Positions 33,991 through 50,450 of a stretch of DNA of 64,000 bases are shown one piece after another. The translations under genes and the position numbers were made by a program. The first letter of the stretch is position 1; every line of letters begins with the position of its first letter. Source of the DNA: Heterodontus francisci (taxonomy: Eukaryota); contig NC_090378.1 of assembly GCF_036365525.1 (NCBI RefSeq), positions 121,009,593-121,073,592 of the forward strand, read 5' to 3'. A model generated the notes under the pieces. That model was not told the origin of the DNA and did not search any database. It worked only from the letters and a program-made list of their open reading frames with translations.

Positions 33991-36900
33991 TATATATAAT
34001 ATATAATAATGTACAAACAGTCACACCTCCCGCACTGACACATCCCACAGTTATATATGATATATAATAATGGACACACAGTCCCACCTCATGTTCTGAC
34101 ACATCCCACAGTTATATATAATATATAATAATGGACAGAGAGACCCACCTCCTGCACTGACACATCGCACAGTTATATATGATATATAATAATGGATACA
34201 CAGTCCCACCTCCTGTACTGACACATCCCATAGTTATATATAATATATAATAATGTACAAACAGTCACACCTCCCGCACTGACACATCCCACAGTTATAT
34301 ATGATATATAATAATGGACACTGGGTCACAACTCCTGTACTGAGACATCCCACAGTTATATATAATATATAATAATGGACACACAGTCCCACCTCCTGTA
34401 CTGAGACATCCCACAGTTATATATAATATATAATAATGGACACACAGTCCCACCTCCTGTACTGACACATCCCACAGTTATATATAATACATAATAATGG
34501 TCACAGAGTCCCACCTCCTGTACTGAGACATCCCACAGTTATATATAATATATAATAATGGACACACAGTCCCACCTCCTGTACTGACACATCCCACAGT
34601 TATATATAATATATAATAATGGACACACAGTCCCACCTCCTGTACTGAGACATCCCACAGTCATATATAATATATAATAATGGACACACAGTCCCACCTC
34701 CTGTACTGAGACATCCCACAGTTATATATAATATATAATAATGGACACACAGTCCCACCTCATGTTCTGACACATCCCGCAGTTATATATAATATATAAT
34801 AATGGACAGAGAGACCCACTTCCTGCACTGACACATCGCACAGTTATATATAATATATAATAATGGACACACAGTCCCTCCACCCGTACTGAGACATCCC
34901 ACAATTATATATAATATATAATAATGGACACACAGTCCCACCCCATGTTCTGACACATCCCGCAGTTATATATAATATATAATAATGCACACACAGTCCC
35001 ACCTCATGTTCTGACACATCCCGCAGTTATATATAACATATAATAATGGACAGAGAGACCCACCTCCTGCACTGACACATCGCACAGTTATATAGAATAT
35101 ATAATAATGGACACAGAGTCCCACCTCATGTTCTGACACATCCCGCAGTTATATATAATATATAATAATGGACAGAGAGACCCACCTCCTGTCCTGACAC
35201 ATCCCACAGTTATATATAATATATAATAATGGATACAGAGTCCCACCTCCCGCACTGACACGTCCCACAGTTAAATATAATATATAATAATGGACACACA
35301 GTCCCACCTCCTGGACTGACACATCCCACAGGTTTATATAATATATAATAATGGACACACAGTCCCACCTCCTGGACTGACACATCCCACAGGTTTATCT
35401 AATATATAATAATGCACACACAGTCCCACCTCCTGAACTGACACATCCCACAGCTATGCATAATATATAATAATGAACACACAGTCCCACGTCCTGTACT
35501 AACACATCCCACAGTTATATATAATATATAATAATGCACACACGGTCCCACCTCCTGCACTGACAAATCCCACAGTTATATATAATATATAATAATGGAC
35601 ACACAGTCCCACCTCCTGGACTGACACATCCCACAGGTTTATATAATATATAATAATGGACACACAGTCCCACCTCCTGTACTGGCACATCCCACAGTTA
35701 TATAAAATATAAAATAATGGACACACAGTCCCACCTCCTGGACTGACACATCCCACAGGTTTATATAATATATAATAATGGACACACAGTCCCACCTCCT
35801 GTACTGGCACATCCCACAGTTATATATAATACATAATAAAGGACACACAGTCCCACCTCCTGGACTGACACATCCCACAGGTTTATCTAATATATAATAA
35901 TGGACACACAGTCCCACCTCCTGCACTGACACATCCCACAGTTATATATAATATATAATAATGGACACACAGTCCCACCTCCTGCACTGAAACATCCCAC
36001 AGTTATATATAATATATAATAATGGATACACAGTCCCACGTCCTGTACTGACACATCCCACAGTTACATAGAATATATAATAGTGGACACACAGTCCCAC
36101 CTCCTGTACTGACACATCCCAGAGTTATATAGAATAAATAATAATGGATACACAGTCCCACCTCAAGCACTTAAACATCCCACAGGTTTATATAATATAT
36201 AATAATGGACACACAGTCCCACCTCCCGCACTGACACATCCCAGAGTTATATAGAATAAATAATAATGAACACACAGTCCCACCTCCTGTACTGACACAT
36301 CCCATAGTTATATATAATATATAATAATGTAAAAACAGTCACACATCCCGCACTGACACATACCACAGTTCTATAGAATATATAATAATGGACACACAGA
36401 CTCACCTCCGGTACTGACACATCCCATAGTTATATATAATACATAATAATGTACACACAGTCCCACCTCCTGTACTGACATATACCACAGTTATATATAA
36501 TATATAATAATGGAAACACAGTCCCACCTCCTGCAATGAAACATCCCACAGTTATATATAATATATAACAATGGACACACAGTCCCACCTCCTGCACTGA
36601 AACATCCCACAGTTACATTTAATATATAAAAATGGACACACAGTACCACCTCCCGGACTGACACATCCCACAGTTATATATAATATATAATAATGGACAC
36701 ACAGTCACACCTCATGTTTTGACACTTTCCACATTTATATATAATATATAATAATGGACACACAGTCCCACCTCATGTTTTGACACATCCCACATTTATA
36801 GATAATATATAATAATGGACACAAAGTCCCACCTCCTGTACTGAAACATCCCACAGTTACATTTAATATATAAAAATGGACACACAGTACCACCTCCCGT

Positions 36901-39900
36901 ATTGACACATCCCACAGTTATATATGATATATAATAAGGAACACACAGTCCCACCTCCCGCACTTACACATCCCACAGTAATATATAATATATAACAATG
37001 GACACACAGTCCCACCTCCTGCACTGAAACATCCCACAGTTACATTTAATATATAAAAATGGACACACAGTACCACCTCCCGTACTGACACATCCCACAG
37101 TTATATATAATATATAATAATGGACACACATTCCCACCTCCCGCACTTCCACATCCCACAGGTTTATATAATATATAATAATGGACAAACAGTCCCACCT
37201 CCCGCACTGACACATCCCAGAGTTATATATAATATATAATGATGGACACAGGGTCCCACCTCCTGCACTGACACATCCCATAGTTATATGTGATATATAA
37301 TAATGGACACACAGTCCCACCTCCTGTACTGACACATCCTACAGTTCTATATAATATATAATAATGGACACACAGACTCACCTCCGGTACTGACACATCC
37401 CACAGTTAGATATAAGACATAATAATGTACACACGGTACCATCTCCTGCACTGACATATCCCACAGTTATATATAATATATAATAATGGACACACAGTCC
37501 CACCTCCCGCTCTGACACATCCCACAGTAATATATAATATATAATAATGGACACACAGTCCCACCTCCTGCAATGAAACATCCCACAGTTATATATAACA
37601 AATAATAATGAACACACAGTCCCACCTCCTGCACTGACACATCCCATAGTTATATGTGATATATATTAATGGACACACAGTCCCACCTCCTGTACTGACA
37701 CATCCCACAGTTATATCTAATATATAGTAACGGACACACAGTCCCACCTCCTGTACTGACACATCCCACAGTTATATGTAATATATATTAATGGACACAC
37801 AGTCCCACCTCCTGTACTGACACATCCCACAGTTATACATAATATAAAATAATGGACACACAGTCCCACCTCCTGTACTGACACATCCCACAGTTATATA
37901 TAATAAATAATAATGAACACACAGTCCCACCTCCTGTACTGACACAGCCCACAGTTATATATAATAAATAATAATGAACACACAGTCCCACCTCCTGTAC
38001 TGACACATCCCACAGTTATATATAACAAATAATAATGAACACACAGTCCCACCTCCTGTACTGACACATCCCACAGTTATATATAATATATAATAATGGA
38101 CACACAGTCCCACCTCATGATCTGACACATCCCACATTTATATATAATATATAATAAAGGACACACAGTCCCACCTCCTGTACTGACACATCCCACAGTT
38201 ATATAGAATATATAATAATGAATACACAGTCCCACCTCATGATCTGACACATCCCACAGTTATATATAATATATAATAATAGACACACAGTCCCACCTCC
38301 TGTACTGACACATCCCACAGTAATATATAATATATAATAATGGACACACAGTCCCACCTCCTGTACTGACACATCCCACAGTTATATATAATAAATAATA
38401 ATGGACACACAGTCCCACCTCCTGCACTGACACATCCCACAGTTATATATAATATATAATAATGGACACACATTCCCACCTCCGGCACTGACACATCCCA
38501 CAGTTATATATAATATATAATAATGGACACACAGTCCCACCTCCCGCACTGACACATCCCACAGTTATATATAATATATAATAATGGACACACAGTCCCA
38601 CCTCCCGTACTGACACATCCCACAGTTATATATAATAAATAATAATGGACACACAGTCCCACCTCCTGCACTGACACATCCCACAGTTATATATAATAAA
38701 TAATAATGGACACACAGTCCCACCTCCTGTACTGACACATCCCACAGTTATATATAATATATAATAATGGACACACAGTCCCACCTCCTGCACTGACACA
38801 TCCCACACATATATATAATATATAATAATGGATACACAGTCCCACCTCCTGCACTGACACATCCCACAGTTATATATAATATATAATAATGGATACACAG
38901 TCCCACCTCCTGCACTGACACATCCCACAGTTATATATAATATATAATAATGGACACACAGTCACACCTCCTGTACTGACACATCCCACAGTTATATATA
39001 ATATATAATAATGGACACACAGTCCCACCTCCTGCACTGACACATCCCACAGTTATATATAATATATAATAATGGATACACAGTCCCACCTCCTGCACTG
39101 ACACATCCCACAGTTATATATAATATATAATAATGGACACACAGTCCCACCTCCTGTACTGACACATCCCACAGTTATATATAATATATAATAATAGACA
39201 CACAGTCCCACCTCCTGTACTGACACATCCCACAGTTATATATAATATATAATAAAGGACACACAGTCCCACGTCCTGCACTGAAACATCTCACAGTTAT
39301 ATATAATATATAATAATAGACACACAGTCCCACCTCCTGTACTGACACATCCCACAGTAATATATAATATATAATAATGGATACACAGTACCACCTCCTG
39401 GACTGACACATCCCACAGTTATATATAATATATAATAATGGACACACAGTCCCACCTCCCGCAATGAAACATCCCACAGTTATATATAATATGTAATAAT
39501 GGACACACAGTCCCACGTCCTGCACTGAAACATCTCACAGTTATATATAATACTTAATAATGGACACACGGTCCCACCTCCTGCACTGAAACATAGCACA
39601 TTTATATATAATATATAATAATGGACACACAGTCCCACCTCCCGCAATGAAACATCCCACAGTTATATATAATATATAATAATGGACACAGAGTCCCACC
39701 TCCTGTACTGACACATCCCACAGTTATATATAATATGTAATAATGGACACACAGTCCCACCTCCTCTACTGACATATCCCGCAGTAATATATAATATATC
39801 ATCATGGACACACAGTCCCACCTCCTGCACTGACACATCCCAAAGGTTTATATAATATATAAGAATGGACACACAGTCCCACCTCCTGCACTGACACATC

Positions 39901-42900
39901 CCACTGTTATATATAATATATAATAATGGACACACAGTCCCACATCATGTTCTGACACATCCCACAGTTATATATAATATATAATAATGGACACAGAGTC
40001 CCACCTCCTGCACTGACACATCCCACAGTTATATATAATATATAATAATGGACACAGAGTCCCACCTCCCGCAATGACACATCCCAAAGGTTTATATAAT
40101 ATATAATAATGGACACACAGTCCCACCTCCTGCACTGACACATCCCACAGTTATATATAATATATAATAATGGACACACAGTCCCACCTCCTGTACTGAC
40201 ACATCCCACAGTTATATATAATATATAATAATGGACACACAGTCCCACCTCCTGTGCTGACACATCCCACAGTTATATCTAATATATAATAATGCTCACA
40301 CGGTCCCACCTCCTGCACTGTCACATCCCACTGTTGTATATAATATAAAATAATGGACACACAGTCCCACCTCCTGCACTGACACATCCCACAGTTATAT
40401 CTAATATATAATAATGCACACACGGTCCCACCTCCTGCACTGTCACATCCCACTGTTATATATAATATAAAATAATGGACACACAGTCCTACCTCCCGCT
40501 CTGACACATCCCACAGATATATATAATATATAATAATGGACACAGAGTCCCACCTCCTGTACTGACACATCCCACAGTTATATATAATACATAATAATGG
40601 ACACAGAGTCCCACCTCCTGTACTGACACATCCCACAGTTATATATAATACATAATAATGGACACACAGTCCCACCTCCCGCACTGACACATCCCACAGT
40701 TATATATAATATATAATAATGGACACAGAGTCCCACCTCCCGCACTGACACATCCCAAACGGTTATATAATATATAATAATGGACACACAGTCCTACCTC
40801 CCGCTCTGACACATCCCACAGTTATATATAATACATAATAATGGACACAGAGTCCCACCTCCTGTACTGACACATCCCACAGTTATATATAATACATAAT
40901 AATGGACACACAGTCCCACCTCCCGCTCTGACACATCCCAAACGTTTATATAATATATAATAATGGACACACAGTCCCACCTCTTGTACTGGCACATCTC
41001 ACACTTATATATAATACATAATAAAGGACACACGGGACCTCCTCCTGCACTGACACATCCCACAGTTATATATAATATATAATAATGGACACACAGTCCC
41101 ACCTCCTGCACTGAAACATCCCAGTTATATATAATATATAATAATGGACACACAGTCCCACCTCCTGTGCTGACACATCCCACAGTCACATATAATATAT
41201 AATAATGGACACACAGTACCACCTCCCGTACTGACACATCCCAAAGTTATATATAATATATAATAATGGACACACAGCCCCACCTCCCACCTTTACACAT
41301 CCCTCAAGTTTATATAATCTATAATAATAGACACACAGTACCACCTCCCGTACTGACACTTCCCACAGTTATATATAATATATAATAATGGACACAGAGT
41401 CCCACCTCCTGTACTGACACATCCCACAGTAATATATAATATATAATAATGGACACACAGTCCCACCTCCTGCACTGACACATCCCACAGTTATATATAA
41501 TATATAATAATGGACACACAGTCCCACCTCAAGCACTTACACATCCCACAGGTTTATATAATATATAATAATGGACACACAGTCCCACCTCCTGCACTGA
41601 CACATCCCATAGTTATATATAATAAATGATAATGTACAAACATTCCCACCTCCTGTACTGACACATCCCACAGTTATATATAATACATAATAATGGACAC
41701 AGAATCCCACCTCCCGCACTGACACATCCCACAGTGTTTATATAATATATAATAATGGACTCACAGTCCCACCTCCTGCACTGACACATCCCATAGTTAT
41801 ATATAATATATGATAATGTACAAACAGACTCACCTCCGGTACTGACACATTACACAGTTATATATAATACATAATAAAGGACACACAGTCCCACCTCCAG
41901 CACTGACACATCCCACAGTTATATATAATATATAATATTGGACACACAGTCCCACCTCCCGCACTGACACATCCCACAGTTATATATAATATATAATAAT
42001 GGACACACAGTCCCACCTCCTATTCTGACACATCCCACAGTTATATATAATACATAATAAAGGACACACAGTCCCACCTCCAGCACTGACACATCCCACA
42101 GTTATATATAATATATAATAATGGACACACAGTCCCACCTCCTGTACTGACACATCCCACAGTTATATATAATATATAATAAAGGACACATGGTACCATC
42201 TCCTGCACTGACATATCCCACAGTTATATATAATATATAATAATGGACACACAGTCCCACCTCCTGTACTGACACATCCCATAGGTTTATCTAATATATA
42301 ATAATGCACACACGGTCCCACCTCCAGCACTGACACATCCCACAGTTATATATATTATATAATAATAGACACACAGTCCCACCTCCTATTCTGACACATC
42401 CCACAGTTATATATAATACATAATAAAGGACACACAGTCCCACCTCCCGCACTGACACATCCCACAGTTATATATAATATATAATAATGGACACACAGTC
42501 CCACCTCCTGTACTGACACATCCCAAACGTTTATATAATACATAATAAAGGACACATGGTACCATCTCCTGCACTGACATATCCCACAGTTATATATAAT
42601 ATATAATAATGGACACACAGTCCCACCTCCTGTACTGACACATCCCAAACGTATATATAATACATAATAAAGGACACACGGGATCACCTCCTGCACTGAC
42701 ACATCCCACAGTAATATATAATATATAATAATGGACACACAGTCCCAGCTCCTGCACTGACACATCCCACAGTTATATATAATATATAAAAATGGACACA
42801 CAGTCCCACCTCCTGCAATGAAACATCCCAGTTATATATTATATATAATAATGGACACACAGTCCCAGCTCCTGCACTGACACATCCCACACTTATATAT

Positions 42901-43549
42901 AATATATAATAATGGACACACAGTCCCAGCTCCTGCACTGACACATCCCACAGTTATATATAATATATAAAAATGGACACACAGTCCCACCTCCTGCACT
43001 GAAACATCCCACAGTTATATATAATATATAATAATGGACACAGAGTCCCACCTCCCGCACTGACACATCCCACATTTATATAATATATAATAATGGACAC
43101 ACAGTCCCACCTCCTGCACTGACACATCCCACAGTTACATATAATATATAATAATGTACACACAATCCCACCTCCTGTCCTGACACATCCCACAGGTTTA
43201 TATAATACATAATAATGGACACACAGTCCCACCTCCCGCACTGACACATCCCACAGTTATATATAATATATAATAATGGACACACAGTCCCACCTCAAGC
43301 ACTTACACATCCCACAGGTTTATATAATACATAATAATGGACACACAGTCCCACCTCCCGCACTGACACATCCCAGAGTTACATATAATACATAATGATG
43401 GACACAGAATCCCACCTCCCGCACTGACACATCCCAAAGTGTTTATATAAGATATAATAATGGATACACAGTCCCACCTCCTGCACTGACACATCCCACA
43501 GTTATATATAATATGTAATAATGGACACACAGTCCCACCTCCTGCACTG

Positions 43550-46500
43550 ACACATTCCACAGTTATATATAATATATAGTAATGGACACAATGTCCCACC
43601 TCCTGTACTGACACATTCCACAGTTATATATAATATATAGTAATGGACACAAAGTCCCACCTCCTGTACTGACACATTCCACAGTTATTTATAATATATA
43701 GTAATGGACATACAGTCCCACCTCCTGTACTGACACATCCCACAGTTATATATAATAAATAATAATGAACACACAGTCCCACCTCCTGTACTGACACATC
43801 CCACAGTTATACATAATATATAGTAATGGACACAAAGTCCCACCTCCTGTACTGTCACATCCCACAGTTATATATAATAAATAATAATGAACACACAGTC
43901 CCACCTCCTGTACTGACACATCCCATAGTTATATATAATATATGATAATGTACAAACAGTCACACCTCCCGGACTGACACATCCCACAGTTATATATAAT
44001 GCATAATATTGGACACACAGACTCACCTCCTGTACTGACACATCCCACAGTTATATATATTATATAATAATGGACACCCAGTCCCACCTCCCGCTCTGAC
44101 ACATCCCACAGTAATATATAATATATAATAATGGACACACAGTCCCACCTCCTGCAATGAAACATACCACAGTTATATATAATATATAGTATTGGACACA
44201 AAGTCCCACCTCCTGTACTGACACATTCCACAGTTATATATAATATATAGTAATGGACACAAAGTCCCACCTCCTGTACTGGCACATCCCACAGTTATAT
44301 ATAATAAATAATAATGAACACACAGTCCCACCTCCTGTACTGACACATCCCACAGTTATATATAATAAATAATAATTAACACACAGTCCCACCTCCTGTA
44401 CTGACACATCCCACAGTTATATATAATAAATAATAATTAACACACAGTCCCACCTCCTGTACTGACACATCCCACAGTTATATATAATAAATAATAATGG
44501 ACACAAAGTCCCACCTCCTGTACTGACACATCCCACAGTTATATATAATAAATAATAATTAACACACAGTCCCACCTCCTGTACTGACACATCCCACAGT
44601 TATATATAATAAATAATAATGGACACAAAGTCCCACCTCCCGCACTGACACATCCCACAGGTTTATCTAATATATATTAATGCACACATGGTCCCACCTC
44701 CTGTACTGACACATCCCACAGTTATATATATTATATAATAATGGACACCCAGTCCCACCTCCCGCTCTGACACATCCCACAGTTATATATAATATATAAT
44801 AATGGACACACAGTCCCACCTCCTGCAATGAAACATACCACAGTTATATATAATATATAGTATTGGACACAAAGTCCCACCTCCTTTACTGACACATTCC
44901 ACAGTTATATATAATATATAGTAATGGACACAAAGTCCCACCTCCTGTACTGGCACATCCCACAGTTAAATATAATAAATAATAATGAACACACAGTCCC
45001 ACCTCCTGTACTGACACATCCCACAGTTATATATAATAAATAATAATGAACACACAGTCCCACCTCCTGTCCTGGCACATCCCACAGTTATATATAATAA
45101 ATAATAATGAACACACAGTCCCACCTCCTGTACTGACACATCCCACAGTTATATATAATATATAGTAATGGACACAAAGTCCCACCTCCTGTACTGGCAC
45201 ATCCCACAGTTATATATAATAAATAATAATGAACACACAGTCCCACCTCCTGTACTGACACATCCCACAGTTATATATAATAAATAATAATGAACACACA
45301 GTCCCACCTCCTGTACTGACACATCCCACAGTTATATATAATATATAGTAATGGACACAAAGTCCCACCTCCTGTACTGACACATTCCACAGTAATATAT
45401 AATATATAGTAATGGACACAAAGTCCCACCTCCTGTACTGACACATCCCACAGTTATATATAATAAATAATAATGAACACACAGTCCCACCTCCTGTACT
45501 GACACATCCCACAGTTATATATAATAAATAATAATGAACACACAGTCCCACCTCCTGTACTGACACATCCCACAGTTATATATAATATATAGTAATGGAC
45601 ACAAAGTCCCACCTCCTGTACTGACACATTCCACAGTAATATATAATATATAGTAATGGACACAAAGTCCCACCTCCTGTACTGACACATCCCACAGTTA
45701 TATATAATAAATAATAATGAACACACAGTCCCACCTCCTGTACTGACACATTCCACAGTTATATATAATATATAGTAATGGACACAAAGTCCCACCTCCT
45801 GTACTGACACATTCCACAGTTATATATAATATATAGTAATGGACACAAAGTCCCACCTCCTGTACTGACACATTCCACAGTTATATATAATATATAGTAA
45901 TGGACACAAAGTCCCACCTCCTGTACTGACGCATCCCACAGTTATATATAATATATAATAATGGACACAAAGTCCCACCTCCTGTACTGACACATCCCAC
46001 AGTTATATATAATATATAGTAATGGACACAAAGTCCCACCTCCTGTACTGACAGAACCCACTGTTATATATAATAAATAATAATGAACACACAGTCCCAC
46101 ATCCTGTACTGACACATCCCACAGTTATATATAATATATAGTAATGGACACAAAGTCCCACCTCCTGTACTGACACATCCCACAGTTATATGTAATAAAT
46201 AATAATGAACACACAGTCCCACCTCCTGTACTGACGCATCCCACAGTTATATATAATATATAGTAATGGACACAAAGTCCCACCTCCTGTACTGACACAT
46301 CCCACAGTTATATATAATAAATAATAATGAACACAAAGTCCCACCTCCTGCACTGACACATTCCACAGTTATATATAATCTATAATAATGGACACACAGT
46401 CCCACCTCCTGTACTGACACATCCCACAGTAATATATAATATATAATAATGGACACACAGTCCCACCTCCTGTACTGACACATCCCACAGTTATATATAA

Positions 46501-49500
46501 TAAATAATAATGAACACAAAGTCCCACCTCCTGCACTGACACATTCCACAGTTATATATAATCTATAATAATGGACACACAGTCCCACCTCCTGTACTGA
46601 CACATCCCACTGTTATATATAATAAATAATAATGAACACACAGTCCCACCTCCTGTACTGACACATCCCACAGTAATATATAATAAATAATAATGAACAC
46701 ACAGTCCCACCTCCTGTACTGACACATCCCACAGTTATATATAATAAATAATAATGAACACACAGTCCCACCTCCTGTACTGACACAACCCACAGTTATA
46801 TATAATATATAGTAATGGACACAAAGTCCCACCTCCTGTACTGACACATTCCACAGTAATATATAATATATAGTAATGGACACAAAGTCCCACCTCCTGT
46901 ACTGACACATCCCACAGTTATATATAATAAATAATAATGAACACACAGTCCCACCTCCTGTACTGACACATCCCACAGTTATATATAATATATAGTAATG
47001 GACACAAAGTCCCACCTCCTGTACTGACACATTCCACAGTAATATATAATATATAGTAATGGACACAAAGTCCCACCTCCTGTACTGACACATCCCACAG
47101 TTATATATAATAAATAATAATGAACACACAGTCCCACCTCCTGTACTGACACATCCCACAGTTATATATAATATATAGTAATGGACACAAAGTCCCACCT
47201 CCTGTACTGACACATTCCACAGTTATATATAATAAATAATAATGGACACACAGTCCCACCTCCTGTACTGACACATCCCACAGTTATATATAATATCTAG
47301 TAATGGACACAAAGTCCCACCTCCGGTACTGACACATTCCACAGTTATATATAAAATATAGTAATGGACACAAAGTCCCACCTCCTGTACTGACACATCC
47401 CACAGTTATATATAATAAATAATAATGAACACACAGTCCCACCTCCTGTACTGACGCATCCCACAGTTATATATATTATATAGTATTGGACACAAAGTCC
47501 CACCTCCTGTACTGACACATTCCACAGTTATATATAATATATAGTAATGGACACAAAGTCCCACCTCCTGTACTGACACATTCCACAGTTATATATAATA
47601 TATAGTAATGGACACAAAGTCCCACCTCCTGTACTGACGCATCCCACAGTTATATATAATATATAATAATGGACACAAAGTCCCACCTCCAGCACTGACG
47701 CATCCCACAGTTATATATAATATATAGTAATGGACACAAAGTCCCACCTCCTGTACTGACGCATCCCACAGTTATATATAATATATAATAATGGACACAA
47801 AGTCCCACCTCCTGTACTGACACATCCCACAGTTATATATAATATATAGTAATGGACACAAAGTCCCACCTCCTGTACTGACAGAACCCACTGTTATATA
47901 TAATAAATAATAATGAACACACAGTCCCACCTCCTGTACTGACACATCCCACAGTTATATATAATATATAATAATGGACACAAAGTCCCACCTCCTGTAC
48001 CGACACATCCCACAGTTATATATAATATATAATAATGGACACAAAGTCCCACCTCCTGTACTGACACATCCCACAGTTATATATAATATATAGTAATGGA
48101 CACAAAGTCCCACCTCCTGTACTGACAGAACCCACTGTTATATATAATAAATAATAATGAACACACAGTCCCACCTCCTGCACTGACGCATCCCACAGTT
48201 ATATATAATATATAATAATGGACACAAAGTCTAACCTCCTGTACTGACACATTCCACAGTTATATATAATATATAGTAATGGACACAAAGTCCCACCTCC
48301 TGTACTGACACATCCCACAGTTATATATAATAAATAATAATGAACACAAAGTCCCACCTCCTGAACTGACACATTTCACAGTTATATATAATATATAGTA
48401 ATGGACACAAAGTCCCACCTCCTGTACTGACACATCCCACAGTTATATATAATAAATAATAATGAACACACAGTCCCACCTCCTGTACTGACACGTCCCA
48501 CAGTTATATATAATAAATAATAATGGACACACAGTCCCACCTCCTGTACTGACACATCCCACAGTTATATATAATAAATAATAATGAACACACAGTCCCA
48601 CCTCCTGTACTGACACGTCCCACAGTTATATATAATAAATAATAATGAACACACAGTCCCACCTCCTGTACTGACACATTCCACAGTTATATATAATATA
48701 TAGTAATGGACACAAAGTCCCACCTCCTGTACTGACACATCCCACAGTTATATGTAATAAATAATAATGAACACACAGTCCCACCCCCTGTACTGACGCA
48801 TCCCACAGTTATATATAATATATAGTAATGGACACACAGTCCCACCCCCTGTACTGACGCATCCCACAGTTATATATAATAAATAATAATGAACACAAAT
48901 TCCCACCTCCTGCACTGACACATCCCACAGTTATATATAATAAATAATAATGAACACACAGTCCCACCTCTGTACTGACACATCCCACAGTTATATATAA
49001 TAAATAATAATGAACACACAGTCCCACCTCCTGTACTGACACATCCCACAGTTATATATAATATATAGTAATGGACACAAAGTCCCACCTCCTGTACTGA
49101 CACATTCCACAGTAATATATAATATATAGTAATGGACACAAAGTCCCACCTCCTGTACTGACACATTCCACAGTAATATATAATATATAGTAATGGACAC
49201 ACAGTCCCACCTCCTGTACTGACACATCCCACAGTTATATATAATATATAGTAATGGACACAAAGTCCCACCTCCTGTACTGACACATTCCACAGTTATA
49301 TATAATATATAATAATGGACACACAGTCCCACCTCCTGTACTGACACATCCCACAGTTATATATAATATATAGTAATGGACACAAAGCCCCACCTCCTGT
49401 ACTGACACATTCCACAGTTATATATTAAATATAGTAATGGACACAAAGTCCCACCTCCTGTACTGACACATCCCACAGTTATATATAATAAATAATAATG

Positions 49501-50450
49501 AACACACAGTCCCACCTCCTGTACTGACGCATCCCACAGTTATATATAATATATAGTATTGGACACAAAGTCCCATCTCCTGTACTGACACATTCCACAG
49601 TTATATATAATATATAGTAATGGACACAAAGTCCCACCTTCTGTGCTGACACATTCCACAGTTATATATAATATATAGTAATGGACACAAAGTCCCACCT
49701 CCTGTACTGACGCATCCCACAGTTATATATAATATATAATAATGGACACAAAGTCCCACCTCCTGCACTGACGCATCCCACAGTTATATATAATATATAG
49801 TAATGGACACAAAGTCCCACCTCCTGTACTGACGCATCCCACAGTTATATATAATATATAGTAATGGACACAAAGTCCCACCTCCTGTACTGACGCATCC
49901 CACAGTTATATATAATATATAATAATGGACACAAAGTCCCACCTCCTGTACTGACGCATCCCACAGTTATATATAATATATAGTAATGGACACAAAGTCC
50001 CACCTCCTGTACTGACGCATCCCACAGTTATATATAATATATAATAATGGACACAAAGTCCCACCTCCTGTACTGACACATCCCACAGTTATATATAATA
50101 TATAGTAATGGACACACAGTCCCACCTCCTGTACTGACGCATCCCACAGTTATATATAATATATAATAATGGACACAAAGTCCCACCTCCTGTACTGACA
50201 CATCCCACAGTTATATATAATATATAGTAATGGACACACAGTCCCACCTCCTGCACTGACACATTCCACAGTTATATATAATATATAGTAATGGACACAC
50301 AGTCCCACCTCCTGTACTGACGCATCCCACAGTTATATATAATATATAATAATGGACACAAAGTCCCACCTCCTGTACTGACACATCCCACAGTTATATA
50401 TAATATATAGTAATGGACACACAGTCCCACCTCCTGCACTGACACATTCC
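43550..50450. repeat. Monomer subfamily domain (ATATAGTAAT, AATAAATAATAATGAAC, ACAAAGTCCC, ACATTCCAC variants)
   Basis: These variants dominate here, recur at ~51200-52560 and are rare elsewhere. Boundaries approximate. Confidence 0.85.

Noticed and set aside
43550-50450. NF-kB kappa-enhancer-like GGGACTTT on the minus strand
   Set aside because: Continues GT instead of the required CC (GGGACTTTGT).
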